From NCBI GenBank assembly GCA_035289485.1, contig DATDXA010000059.1, positions 1 to 20,395 on the forward strand: 20,395 nucleotides of DNA, given 5' to 3'. The position numbers and the translations under genes were made by a program. Of this stretch, positions 1 through 8,457 are shown in pieces. Every line of letters starts with the position of its first letter. The stretch's first letter is position 1. The DNA comes from an archaeon. Its GTDB lineage: Archaea > Iainarchaeota > Iainarchaeia > Iainarchaeales > Iainarchaeaceae. The notes beneath the pieces were generated by a model, which saw nothing but the letters and a program-made list of their open reading frames with translations, made no database searches and was not told the origin of the DNA.

Positions 1-66
1 ATTGTGTGCGGGAAATTAAATGAAAAGGAAATAGAGGCGCTAAAGGCATTTGGTGGATTGCAATGA
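1..66 (+). CDS. dph5: 3' end of probable diphthine synthase (partial, runs off window)
   Basis: Frame 1 reads IVCGKLNEKEIEALKAFGGLQ*, resembling the Dph5 C-terminal IxxGxLxxxExEAL pattern. Its stop overlaps the DUF357 start (ATGA at 63-66), and DUF357 is commonly adjacent to dph5 in archaea. Only 21 residues are visible. Confidence 0.55.
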   Translation: MVCGKLNEKEIEALKAFGGLQ

Positions 67-398
67 AAAACAATTTGGAAAACGCACGGGGAAAGGAGCC
101 TGCTGCAGGATATGAAGAGGACCTTGGAATAAAGGTTGCAAAGTACCGGCAACTCACAAGGCTTGCGCTTGAAAAAGTGGAGCTGAATTCCGCAAAAGGC
201 ACAAAGGAAAATATTATGGGAAAAAAGCTCCTTGAAATGGCCGAATCATATTTCATGGACGCGCAGTACTTTGAGCAGTCAGGAAAGCCGCTTACCGCGC
301 TTGCGGCATACAGCTATGCCCATGCATGGATTGATGCGGGAGTGCGCCTTGGAATTCTTGATGGGAAGGGCGATGACCAACTGTTTGTTCTGCCGTGA
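63..398 (+). CDS. DUF357 family archaeal protein
   Basis: Family-typical motif EMAESYFMDAQYF...ALAAYSYAHAWIDAGVRLG; ATGA coupling to the upstream gene. Confidence 0.85.
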   Translation: MKNNLENARGKEPAAGYEEDLGIKVAKYRQLTRLALEKVELNSAKGTKENIMGKKLLEMAESYFMDAQYFEQSGKPLTALAAYSYAHAWIDAGVRLGILDGKGDDQLFVLP

Positions 399-421
399 AA
401 GGAAATAGACTGTTACTTAAG

Positions 422-631
422 CTAAAGGCCTCTCAACTTCAACACTTTTCTGAATAACTTCGGCCTTATCTTTCCTTTAGAATCTTTAACATTCACGCCT
501 ATTACAGAATTGCTAACCCGATAATTTCCAGTAAGAGACCGTCTTGGGTCACCGGTTGTCCGGATATGCATAATATTGCCAACAACCGTTGAAGGCTGTC
601 TTAATCTGTGTTTTTGAGGTACACTTGACAT
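422..631 (-). CDS. Small basic hypothetical protein (69 aa)
   Basis: ATG-started ORF filling the gap between DUF357 and the next gene, with an AT-rich TATA-like sequence about 25 nt upstream. Arg/Lys-rich, no recognisable motif. Confidence 0.45.
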   Translation of the reverse strand: MSSVPQKHRLRQPSTVVGNIMHIRTTGDPRRSLTGNYRVSNSVIGVNVKDSKGKIRPKLFRKVLKLRGL

Positions 632-692
632 ACTAATCTTTATGTTTCAGGCATTATTAAATATTTGTAAATTCATAGATTAAGTGATTTGA

Positions 693-1154
693 ATGGGCAT
701 ATACGACCAGAATGTTGGATTCAATCTCGCCTTTGGCGATTCGAAAAAAATACTCTACATCATACTGGCAGTGCTAATTGTGCTTGCGATTGGCGCAATA
801 GCCTTCTTTGCAATGCAGGAAATTAAGCCATCCGCGCTCAATTTCAGGTTCGAGAAAAACCCGATAAAAACAGGGGAAACAACCAAGGTGATTGTTACGG
901 TCACAAATATCGGCGAATTTGATGCGGTGAATGTTCCTGTAAGCCTTGGCGCGAAAGAATCTACCGAGCTGCAGGTTTTCCCAGAAAACTTCAGCGGCAA
1001 AATAGCAAATCTCTCGGCAGAAACCTCGCGCGAAGTTACTTTTGTAATTAATCCTGTGAGAAATATTCTTCCGGGAACTTATGTGTTAGTTGCACGCACA
1101 ACAATAAATGGCGAAGAATACGAAAAGGAAACTGTTCTTACTGTGCAGAAATAA
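693..1154 (+). CDS. Membrane-anchored protein with CARDB/Ig-like beta-sandwich domain
   Basis: N-terminal TM helix ILYIILAVLIVLAIGAIAFFAM, then Ig-like patterns GETTKVIVTVTNIG...A.NV.V.L...VTFVI...PGTY.L typical of archaeal surface proteins. Confidence 0.75.
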   Translation: MGIYDQNVGFNLAFGDSKKILYIILAVLIVLAIGAIAFFAMQEIKPSALNFRFEKNPIKTGETTKVIVTVTNIGEFDAVNVPVSLGAKESTELQVFPENFSGKIANLSAETSREVTFVINPVRNILPGTYVLVARTTINGEEYEKETVLTVQK

Positions 1155-1156
1155 TT

Positions 1157-1429
1157 TCAATGCCTGATTGAAAACCCTTTGAATTCGCCTGTTGCATCGC
1201 CCCAGCTCTTTTTCACTTTTTCAACATGGCCTGTGGGAGGGCCTTTCTCGAGCGCGTGAAGAAACTTCAGGAGTTTTTCCTTTTCACCTTCCGCAACTAC
1301 TTCAACTGTGCCGTCAACAAGGTTGCACGCAAACCCATGCACACCATGAAATATCGCCTCGGCTTCCGCAAAGAAGCGAAAGCCAACGCCCTGAACACGT
1401 CCTGAAATTATTGCCTCAAAGCGCTCCAT
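1157..1429 (-). CDS. acyP: Acylphosphatase
   Basis: Signatures ISGRVQGVGFR and NLVDGTVEVVAEG, C-terminal F..F.I. Start moved to ATG 1429 (90 aa), with GGTG just upstream. Confidence 0.92.
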   Translation of the reverse strand: MERFEAIISGRVQGVGFRFFAEAEAIFHGVHGFACNLVDGTVEVVAEGEKEKLLKFLHALEKGPPTGHVEKVKKSWGDATGEFKGFSIRH

Positions 1430-1477
1430 CCAAACACCAACAGCCAAATACCAAAAAATCAAAAGTCGAAAATAGGC

Positions 1478-1909
1478 TCATTGAGCGTATTTTTTTGCAA
1501 GTATCTGCAGAGCCTCGCGCAAAATTTTTTTATTGTCAAGGTGCGTGAGGATTTTCTCAACCTCATCTTCAGGGAGCCACTTGTAGCCGTCATGCTCTAT
1601 GATTTCCTGCTCCAAATCAAGCGGCTCATTCATATCGCCCTTCAAAACAAAGGGAGTGTAGATGTATTTCATATCCTTTGCAGTCCATGAAACTTTTTGC
1701 GGCAGCACCGAAATCACTGAAATATTTTTAAGCCCCGTTTCCTCGCTGATTTCGCGCAGCACCGCCTCATGCGGATTTTCACCATTCTCAATTCCGCCCT
1801 TTACAAACTCCCAGCCGCGCCAGTTCAGAACGCGGTGCATTACCAAAAAGTGGCGAATGCCGTTTTTCTCATCAAATATGACTCCCGTGACCCCGTGCTT
1901 TTCATTCAT
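1478..1909 (-). CDS. Nudix hydrolase (Ap4A hydrolase/RppH-like)
   Basis: Nudix box GGIENGENPHEAVLREISEETGL preceded by WEFVK; EHDGYKW motif near the C-terminus. Confidence 0.9.
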   Translation of the reverse strand: MNEKHGVTGVIFDEKNGIRHFLVMHRVLNWRGWEFVKGGIENGENPHEAVLREISEETGLKNISVISVLPQKVSWTAKDMKYIYTPFVLKGDMNEPLDLEQEIIEHDGYKWLPEDEVEKILTHLDNKKILREALQILAKKYAQ

Positions 1910-1937
1910 AAAAATAAATTATGAAGCAACACCTAAA

Positions 1938-1953
1938 TTAGGCTTTCGCCTAA
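1938..1953 (-). terminator. Hairpin after porB (possible terminator or processing site)
   Basis: Minus strand TTAGGC-GAAA-GCCTAA (6-bp stem, GNRA loop) followed by TTT, 25 nt after the porB stop. Confidence 0.4.
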
Positions 1954-1978
1954 AGGCTGGAAATTAAAAAGCGGTTAT

Positions 1979-2944
1979 TTACGCTTTTGCGGGCGTAGGC
2001 TGCGGTGCCTGCGGCGGCGCTTGTGAAGGCGGTGCAGGCGGCTGCGAAGGCGCAGCCGGAGGCTTCATGCCCGACTTTTCAAGAAGTGTTTCATAATTGA
2101 GGTTTGCCATTCTCTGGATGTGCTCAATCTGCTCTGGCGAGAGGTGCTTGAACCTCTTTTGCAATTCAAGCGGCTCTTTTACCGGCTTTGGATTTGCAGG
2201 GTTAAAATTCATCTTGTACTGGCCGTTCTCTATCTCATACAAAAACCAGAGGCGCGCGGCAACTGAGAGCTTTGAAACCTTCATTGTGATTGCCCCGTCA
2301 AAGCCCGCTCCAAGGCAGCATGGCGCGTCAATTACAACAAATGAAGGGCCCTTCACTGCCTTTGCTTTTTTAAGTTTCATCTGCAAATCGGCATAATATG
2401 CGATTGAAGCGGAGGCGCAGTACTGCGCTCCGTGAGCCGCGACTATTTCCATAATCGGCTTGCGCTCGGTTTCCTTTCCCTTGTGCACTTTTCCGACAAC
2501 TGTTGTGGTTGTTGCCGCGCCGTATGGGGTTGCGCCGGATTTTTGAACACCGGTGTTTGCATAGAGCTGGTTGTCATAGCATACATAGAGAACATTGTCC
2601 CCGCGCTCCAGCATTCCGCTAAAAGAGCCAAAACCTATGTCATAAGTTGAGCCATCGCCTGCAATTACCACGACTTTTGTGTGGTCATTTCCCGCGGCCT
2701 TTAGCGCCGCCGCAACCCCTGAAGCAACAGCCGGGGCGTTTTCGAAAAGCGAATGAATGTATGGAACACGCCATGCGGTTTCAGGGTACTGTGAGGAAGT
2801 AATTTCCATGCACCCTGTTGCATTCACAACAATTATGTCCTTTCCAAGAGTGTCGCACACCTGTATGAGCGCATTGCTTGGCCCGCAGCCGGGGCAGCCG
2901 CTATGGCCGGGCGCATACAAATGCATTTCGGATTGTTTGCTCAT
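1979..2944 (-). CDS. porB: Pyruvate:ferredoxin oxidoreductase beta subunit
   Basis: PGHSGCPGCG, NATGCMEI, TPP motif GDGSTYDIG...YDNQLYANTG.Q.S.ATP. Start set at ATG 2944, which removes the overlap with porA. Confidence 0.95.
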   Translation of the reverse strand: MSKQSEMHLYAPGHSGCPGCGPSNALIQVCDTLGKDIIVVNATGCMEITSSQYPETAWRVPYIHSLFENAPAVASGVAAALKAAGNDHTKVVVIAGDGSTYDIGFGSFSGMLERGDNVLYVCYDNQLYANTGVQKSGATPYGAATTTTVVGKVHKGKETERKPIMEIVAAHGAQYCASASIAYYADLQMKLKKAKAVKGPSFVVIDAPCCLGAGFDGAITMKVSKLSVAARLWFLYEIENGQYKMNFNPANPKPVKEPLELQKRFKHLSPEQIEHIQRMANLNYETLLEKSGMKPPAAPSQPPAPPSQAPPQAPQPTPAKA

Positions 2945-2966
2945 GTTTTCACAGCTCCTAAAATAA

Positions 2967-4118
2967 TCATCCGGACATCGCCGACTTTGGCGCCTCTGTT
3001 GCAATCCATTCCCTTCTTGCGCCCTTCTTCATTTTTTCAAAAACATCGCGGATGTGGGTCCTTTTAATTCCCCTTCCGCCAAGGCCGCCATAAAAGCTTG
3101 AAACTTCCGCCTTTGTGCCATTCAGTGCTTCCGCAACTTCCACAAATATCGGTGCCGCGCCTCCGATGCTAATATCCCTGTCAATTACGGCAACCTTCTT
3201 TCCTGCAAGGGCCTTCTTCAGTTCCTCGCGCGGGAACGGCCTGAAAACTCTCAGATGCAAAGCGCCGACTTTTTCGCCATTTTCGCGAAGCTCATTTACA
3301 ACAGTAATCACATTGTCAATTAGCGAGCCAACACCAACAATCACGCGGTCAGCGTCCGCTACCATGTACTCACGTATCAGGCCATATTCCCTTCCGGTCA
3401 ACTGGCCCCATTTCTTTCCGGCTTCAAGAATCAATTCTTTTGAGGATTCCATATCCTTCATTATGTCCTCTCGGAAAATCTGGTAATGCGTCGGGTTTGC
3501 ATAAACACCAAGCGAAACCGGGTTCTCCGGGTCAAGCTTTAGGGGGTATTTGTAAGGCGGCAGGAATTTTTGCACAATGCTCTCATCCGCAACATCGACC
3601 TGTTCGACCGCGTGAGTGAGATAGTGCCCGTCAACGCAGACCATCACAGGAAGAAGGATTTTTTCGGCAATATAAAACGCCTGCGGAATTGTGTCCACCG
3701 CTTCCTGATTGTTCTTGCAGTAAATCTGAATCCAGCCGGTGTCGCGCTGGCTTATTGAATCCTGCTCATCATTCCAAATGTTTAGAGGCGAAGAAACCGC
3801 GCGGTTCCCGACAAGCATTACTATTGGAAGCCTCATTCCAGCGGCGCTAAAAAGCGGCTCGTGCATGTACAAAAGCCCCTGCCCGCCGGTTGTTGTAAAT
3901 GTTCTCGCGCCCGTTGCGCTTGCGCCTATGAGAGCGGAAATCGCGGAGAACTCAGCCTCAACCGTGATGTACTCGGGGATTTTGCCATCGGCGTAATATT
4001 TGTTTAGCTCTTCAGTTAGGTGAGTTGTGGGAGTTATTGGATAGCACGCCACGACATCCAGTTTGCAGTTCACTGCCATTTCCCCAAGAACCCTTGCTCC
4101 TTCTTTTGTCTTTAGCAC
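2967..4118 (-). CDS. porA: Pyruvate:ferredoxin oxidoreductase alpha subunit
   Basis: YPITPT, EAEFSA, GARTFTTT..QGLLYMHE, NRA, FRPFP, GGLGGR motifs; GTG start preceded by GGAGATGA. Confidence 0.95.
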   Translation of the reverse strand: MLKTKEGARVLGEMAVNCKLDVVACYPITPTTHLTEELNKYYADGKIPEYITVEAEFSAISALIGASATGARTFTTTGGQGLLYMHEPLFSAAGMRLPIVMLVGNRAVSSPLNIWNDEQDSISQRDTGWIQIYCKNNQEAVDTIPQAFYIAEKILLPVMVCVDGHYLTHAVEQVDVADESIVQKFLPPYKYPLKLDPENPVSLGVYANPTHYQIFREDIMKDMESSKELILEAGKKWGQLTGREYGLIREYMVADADRVIVGVGSLIDNVITVVNELRENGEKVGALHLRVFRPFPREELKKALAGKKVAVIDRDISIGGAAPIFVEVAEALNGTKAEVSSFYGGLGGRGIKRTHIRDVFEKMKKGARREWIATEAPKSAMSG

Positions 4119-4136
4119 CCAATCATCTCCCGGAAA

Positions 4137-4388
4137 TTAATCCTCTTCAACTCTTTCCATTGCAATGCACTTCACAGGGCACTCATTTGCGCAGATGCTG
4201 CAGCCTTTGCAATATTCATAATCAATCTCTGGAATCTTCTTAACTTCGCCCATTATTCCTTCAGGGCAGAAATTCTGGCAGATTCCGCACTTGATGCACT
4301 TGTCGCCCGTGACAATTGGCATGTAAGCTTTCCACTCGCCCGTGAGATTTTGCGTGCTTGAGCCCGGCTTTGCATGAGGGATTATCAT
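4137..4388 (-). CDS. porD: Pyruvate:ferredoxin oxidoreductase delta subunit (2x[4Fe-4S])
   Basis: PGSS...TGEW motif; two ferredoxin motifs CIKCGICQNFCP and CKGCSICANECP; ATGA overlap with the gamma subunit. Confidence 0.95.
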   Translation of the reverse strand: MIIPHAKPGSSTQNLTGEWKAYMPIVTGDKCIKCGICQNFCPEGIMGEVKKIPEIDYEYCKGCSICANECPVKCIAMERVEED

Positions 4389-5023
4389 TTCTTTTTCGCC
4401 CCCGAAGATTTTTTGGCAGGTGAATGCGCGGACTTTGCTTTGGAAGCAGAAACAGCCGGCTTCACTTCAACCTTTTCAACTTTCATCTGGTCGTAAACAT
4501 CCTGAACCGCTGCAACATTGGAATCAACTATAGCCTGCGGAAATTTTTTTGCAAAAGACTCCTTAATCGCCCATTTCACTGATTCAATCTTGACAATATC
4601 TGTAACTTTGCAAAAAGCGCCAAGCATTACCGTGTTGTAAATCGGCTTTCCAAAATGCTTTAGCGCAACATCTGTTGCGGGAAAGGTAAAAACCCTCTTT
4701 GCCCTAAGCCCTAGCTCCTCTGGCTTTTTGACGCTGTTTACAATCACAATTCCGTTTGGCTTGAGGCCTTTGCACACATCCACAGCGTCCATAATCGAAG
4801 GGTCCCCGACTATTACAACATCTGGTTCAGCAATCTCCTCATGAATACTGATCGGCTTTTCATCTATGCGGCAATATGCCTCAACAGGAGGGCCCCTCTT
4901 TTCCGAACCAAAGAACGGGAAAGCCTGGCTATATTTGCCCTCGTGATTTGCCGCCAAAGCAATTAGTTCTGCGCCGGTGACCATTCCATGGCCAGCCCTT
5001 GCATGCAACCTGATTTCCTTCAT
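4385..5023 (-). CDS. porC: Pyruvate:ferredoxin oxidoreductase gamma subunit
   Basis: MKEIRLH...G.G.VT, QAFPFFGSEKRGPPV.AYCRI, PD.VIV.DP, NTVMLGA; start at ATG 5023. Confidence 0.93.
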   Translation of the reverse strand: MKEIRLHARAGHGMVTGAELIALAANHEGKYSQAFPFFGSEKRGPPVEAYCRIDEKPISIHEEIAEPDVVIVGDPSIMDAVDVCKGLKPNGIVIVNSVKKPEELGLRAKRVFTFPATDVALKHFGKPIYNTVMLGAFCKVTDIVKIESVKWAIKESFAKKFPQAIVDSNVAAVQDVYDQMKVEKVEVKPAVSASKAKSAHSPAKKSSGAKKK

Positions 5024-5046
5024 GACTAGCAATGTTGAATAATATA

Positions 5047-5054
5047 ATATATAA
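5047..5054 (-). promoter_or_regulatory. TATA box of por operon (probably leaderless)
   Basis: TTATATAT on the minus strand 23 nt before the porC ATG; no SD sequence. Confidence 0.6.
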
Positions 5055-5229
5055 GGGTTCCGTTAAATGTCCACCTAAAAAACGACAATTGACTAAGTGC
5101 AATCGGGTGGTTTTTCGGCAATTGCCGCGGCAGACGCTAAAAACAGGCTTAAATCGTCATTTGGAATCCTCAGGCATTTGCGTTCACATGGCAGTAGTTT
5201 TCCACAGCCCAGCCGCATGTTTGGGCCAG

Positions 5230-5529
5230 TCATCTGCAGCTTTGCAAAACCCACTCCCCGTATTCCCTGTTCGCTCTGGCGGGAAGTTCGAGAATGCATG
5301 GGATTTTGTGGCTGTGAAGCGCAAGAATTGCTTTTTTGGCGGCCTTTGCATTGGTTTTGGTGGTTTTCATTAATGCGATGAACTCTTTGGTGCGCACAAC
5401 TTTTTCTTTCCAGCAGTACATGGAGCTTGATTGGATTATATTCGAACAGGCAATCAGCCTGCCTTTAATCAGTGCTGCAGAAACTGCCTTCGCCTCTTTG
5501 CGCGAAGGGAAAGGGACGTAGAGGAGCAC
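5230..5529 (-). CDS. cutA: CutA family divalent-cation tolerance protein
   Basis: LYV.FPS..EA......LI..RLIACSNI....SMY.W.....E...LMKT...LHS..IPCI pattern. GTG start at 5529 preceded by GGTGA (99 aa). Confidence 0.85.
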   Translation of the reverse strand: MLLYVPFPSRKEAKAVSAALIKGRLIACSNIIQSSSMYCWKEKVVRTKEFIALMKTTKTNAKAAKKAILALHSHKIPCILELPARANREYGEWVLQSCR

Positions 5530-5533
5530 TTGT

Positions 5534-5830
5534 TCACCCCAAAAAGTAGCCGAGAAAATAGAACAGCAACGCAGCCAAAACAGCAGTGATGAATATGACT
5601 GCGATGTCTGCTGCAATGCTCTCGCCCTTCCTTTGCTCGGCCCTTTTCTTCACAAGCCGCTCATCAAGAATGTCGCTTGCAATCCTTGCCTCGCTCTCGC
5701 CCTCATCCCACTGCCAGCCAAGGCGCTCGGCATCATCCTCGAACCTCGATTCCTCGCTTTGAGAAGAATCCTCGCCCTCAGGCAGCGGCACATCAAGAAC
5801 GCCATAGCCCTTTTCCTTGGATTTTGCCAT
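5534..5830 (-). CDS. Hypothetical acidic protein with single C-terminal TM helix
   Basis: 98 aa; acidic N-terminal part; C-terminal IAVIFITAVLAALLFYFLGYFLG; own TATA box; 4 nt upstream of cutA. Confidence 0.7.
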   Translation of the reverse strand: MAKSKEKGYGVLDVPLPEGEDSSQSEESRFEDDAERLGWQWDEGESEARIASDILDERLVKKRAEQRKGESIAADIAVIFITAVLAALLFYFLGYFLG

Positions 5831-5841
5831 GAAACTAATTA

Positions 5842-5866
5842 TGCTGCCCCGATATATAAAACAGCA
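5842..5866 (-). promoter_or_regulatory. TATA box flanked by short inverted repeat
   Basis: Minus-strand TTTTATATA (5853-5861) 22 nt before ATG 5830, bracketed by TGCTG (5842-5846) and CAGCA (5862-5866). Confidence 0.5.
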
Positions 5867-5935
5867 CGAAAGGGCGTCAGGAGAAAACGGGAGGACTGTG
5901 GAAAAATTGCAAGAGGAATCGAACCAATGGCAGGC

Positions 5936-5966
5936 AAAAAAATGCGTTTCGGCAAAAAAAACCGAA
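5936..5966 (-). terminator. Oligo-T terminator region after purM
   Basis: Minus-strand T8 and T7 runs within 40 nt after the purM stop, with a TTCGG/CCGAA inverted repeat around the first run. Confidence 0.45.
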
Positions 5967-5974
5967 TCCGAAGT

Positions 5975-6982
5975 TCACTGCCTTATTACGGCGCCAAGGA
6001 CCCATGCGCGCTCGCCAAGGCCCTTTAGAATCTTCGCGGTTTTTTTCGCGTCCTTTTTTGCAACCACAACAACAAGGCCAACGCCCATGTTGAAGGTGCG
6101 GTACATTTCATCGGTCGGAATGCCGCCGCTTCTCTGAATAAGCCTGAAGATGTGCGGAGATTCGATGGTTGAATAGTCATAGCTTGCGGAAAGGCCCCTT
6201 GGAAGTATGCGCGGAACGTTCTCATAGAGCCCGCCGCCAGTGATGTGCGCGATTCCTTTCACCTTCACTTTCTTGCGCAGCGTGAAAATGTTTTTTGAAT
6301 AGCTCTTGTGGACCTTCAAAAGCTCCTCGCCAATTGTGCACCCGAGCTCTGGCAAAAAATCCTGGAGCGAAAAGCCCGCCTTATCCAAAAGCACCTTGCG
6401 CGCGAGGCTGTAGCCGTTTGTGTGAAGCCCGCTTGAGGCGATTCCGACAAGCGTGTCACCCGATTTTATTTTTGAATTGTCAAATAGGTCCTTTTTTTCA
6501 ACTACCCCGACCATGCAGCCAACAATATCCGTTTCTCCCTCGCCATAAACCCCCGGCATTTCCGCGGTTTCTCCGCCAACTAGGGGGCACTTGATTGCTT
6601 CGCACGCGTTTGCCATTCCTGAAACAATTTTGCGTATTTTTTCAGGCGCGATTTTTGAAGAGGCAAGATAATCGAGGAAAAAAAGCGGCTCTGCGCCCAT
6701 TGCGGCGAGGTCATTTGAGCAGTGATTTACTATATCGGCCCCCACGGTGTCCCACACATCCATTCGCGCGGCGACCTTTACTTTTGTTCCAACGCCATCC
6801 ATGGTTGATACAAGGAGCGGATTTTTCATCTTCTTGACTTTTGATAGCGAAAAGACTGCGCCAAAGCCGCCCACACCTGAAATTACCTGCGCATTGTATG
6901 TGCGCTTAACTTCCGCTCCGATGAATTCCTCGGACTTGTTGCCGGCGTCGATGTCAACGCCCGCATCCCTGTATTCGGACAT
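5975..6982 (-). CDS. purM: Phosphoribosylformylglycinamidine cyclo-ligase (AIR synthetase)
   Basis: Y.DAGVDIDAG, GGFG, DGVGTK, GGETAEMPG, SSGLHTNGYSL, AHITGGG, EMYRTFNMGVG. Confidence 0.97.
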   Translation of the reverse strand: MSEYRDAGVDIDAGNKSEEFIGAEVKRTYNAQVISGVGGFGAVFSLSKVKKMKNPLLVSTMDGVGTKVKVAARMDVWDTVGADIVNHCSNDLAAMGAEPLFFLDYLASSKIAPEKIRKIVSGMANACEAIKCPLVGGETAEMPGVYGEGETDIVGCMVGVVEKKDLFDNSKIKSGDTLVGIASSGLHTNGYSLARKVLLDKAGFSLQDFLPELGCTIGEELLKVHKSYSKNIFTLRKKVKVKGIAHITGGGLYENVPRILPRGLSASYDYSTIESPHIFRLIQRSGGIPTDEMYRTFNMGVGLVVVVAKKDAKKTAKILKGLGERAWVLGAVIRQ

Positions 6983-8368
6983 TTAAGGAAACCTCTTTTT
7001 CCAGTGCGCGCATACTTCTTCGGTTCTTTTTACCGCAAGGCCGGTGTATGATTCTGGATTTTTGAGCAGATTCATTTCAGGAGTGGAAAATTTGCGCAGA
7101 TACGATGCAAGCGCCTTGTCCGTTTTCGCGAGCTCAAGAACGCCTTTTCCGGATTTTGCGGATTTGAGCGTGAGCCCCCTTACAACCTCGTGTGCATCAG
7201 GATGCGAATGCTTAGCAAGCAGGATGTAGAGCGGCTCTGCGACAATCGATTCGCGCGATGCATTGAAATTTCTCTTCATGGCCTCGCGGTCGACAACAAT
7301 GCTTGAGGAAACATTCTGCAATTTCTCGCACGCAACAAGGAGCCCGAGGAAAATCTCCGGAATGAAGCGCGCGCTTGCGCTGTTTGTTAGGTCGCGCTGG
7401 TGCTCTGAAATGGAATCCATGTGCATTGTAACCATGCGCGGCATGAACTCCTTCCACATGCTTTTCACATTTTCAAATGTAATCGGGTTTCGCTTGTGAG
7501 GCATTGTGCTAGAGCCCACCTGGCGAGAGCCGAAATCCTCGGCTATTTCGCCGATTTCTGAGCGCTGCAGATGCCTCATATCGTCTGCGAAATTTGCAAG
7601 CACGGAAAAAGCCATAATAATTGAATCAACCAAATCAACAAGTGATTCGGGCTCCACTATCTGGGTTGAGTGCAGCCCCTGCTTGAGCCCGAGTTCGCCC
7701 AAAATATCGGCTTCGAGCTTGATTGGGTCTTTTACAAGAAGCGAAGACGCATTATAACTCCCCACAGCGCCCGAGAACTTGCCTTCGAGATTATCCGCGT
7801 ACCACTCAAGCGAGGAAATCATCTCCCCGAGGCGGTTTATATAAGAGCCCATTGCAAACCCAAAAGTGATTGGCTCTGCGTGCTGGCCGTGTGTCCTTCC
7901 GATTTGCAGGGTTTTTTTCTCGCGGATTGCAATATCAAGCCACAGATGAAGCAGCTTTTTTAGTTCGGGAACCACGAGGCGGTGCGTCGCTTCCTTGTAG
8001 CGCAACGCCGAAGCGGTGTCCACAATATCATATGAGGTTGCTGAAAAATGTATGAATGGCTTTGCTTCTTTTGAAACCTTCGAGCGCAAAACATTTGCAA
8101 GCGCGCGCACATCATGCCTTATCTTTGCCTCTTCTGTGTAAACTTCCTCTGCCGTGATTTTCTCGGCTGCCTTTGAAACCTCATCCGCGATTTTCGGAGT
8201 GCAAACTCCCTGCTTTGAGAGAGCCTTTACAAGCGCCGCTTCCACGCGGGCCTGATAGCGCACGCGTGCATTTTCTGAAAAGAAGCGTTCGGCATCCCTG
8301 TGCAAATCCCCATCAACATACCTATAATCAAGCGGGGAAAAAAGGCTGAACTTGTCCAAGGGGTTCAC
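6983..8368 (-). CDS. purB: Adenylosuccinate lyase
   Basis: SPLDYRY, RHDV, ATSYDIVDTA, GRTHGQHA, fumarase-superfamily signature GSSTMPHKRNP..FE, EHQRDLTNS; GTG start. Confidence 0.96.
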   Translation of the reverse strand: MNPLDKFSLFSPLDYRYVDGDLHRDAERFFSENARVRYQARVEAALVKALSKQGVCTPKIADEVSKAAEKITAEEVYTEEAKIRHDVRALANVLRSKVSKEAKPFIHFSATSYDIVDTASALRYKEATHRLVVPELKKLLHLWLDIAIREKKTLQIGRTHGQHAEPITFGFAMGSYINRLGEMISSLEWYADNLEGKFSGAVGSYNASSLLVKDPIKLEADILGELGLKQGLHSTQIVEPESLVDLVDSIIMAFSVLANFADDMRHLQRSEIGEIAEDFGSRQVGSSTMPHKRNPITFENVKSMWKEFMPRMVTMHMDSISEHQRDLTNSASARFIPEIFLGLLVACEKLQNVSSSIVVDREAMKRNFNASRESIVAEPLYILLAKHSHPDAHEVVRGLTLKSAKSGKGVLELAKTDKALASYLRKFSTPEMNLLKNPESYTGLAVKRTEEVCAHWKKRFP

Positions 8369-8391
8369 TATTAGTACTTAGGGTTAAATGG

Positions 8392-8403
8392 TTTTTTAAA
8401 CGC
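8392..8403 (-). promoter_or_regulatory. TATA-box region of purB-purM
   Basis: GCGTTTAAAAAA on the minus strand 23 nt before the purB GTG; identical 12-mer precedes purA. Confidence 0.55.
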
Positions 8404-8457
8404 TATCTGGAAAAGCCCTAAAACAGGGTTTTATTGCCTTCTGTGCACCTTTATGGC

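Noticed and set aside
5032..5381. Plus-strand ORFs 5032-5373 and 5097-5381
   Set aside because: They overlap cutA antisense and the por promoter, with no motifs or credible initiation signals.
5913..5925. Minus-strand GGTTCGATTCC resembling a tRNA T-loop
   Set aside because: Flanks do not form a 5-bp T stem, and no acceptor, D or anticodon arms are visible.
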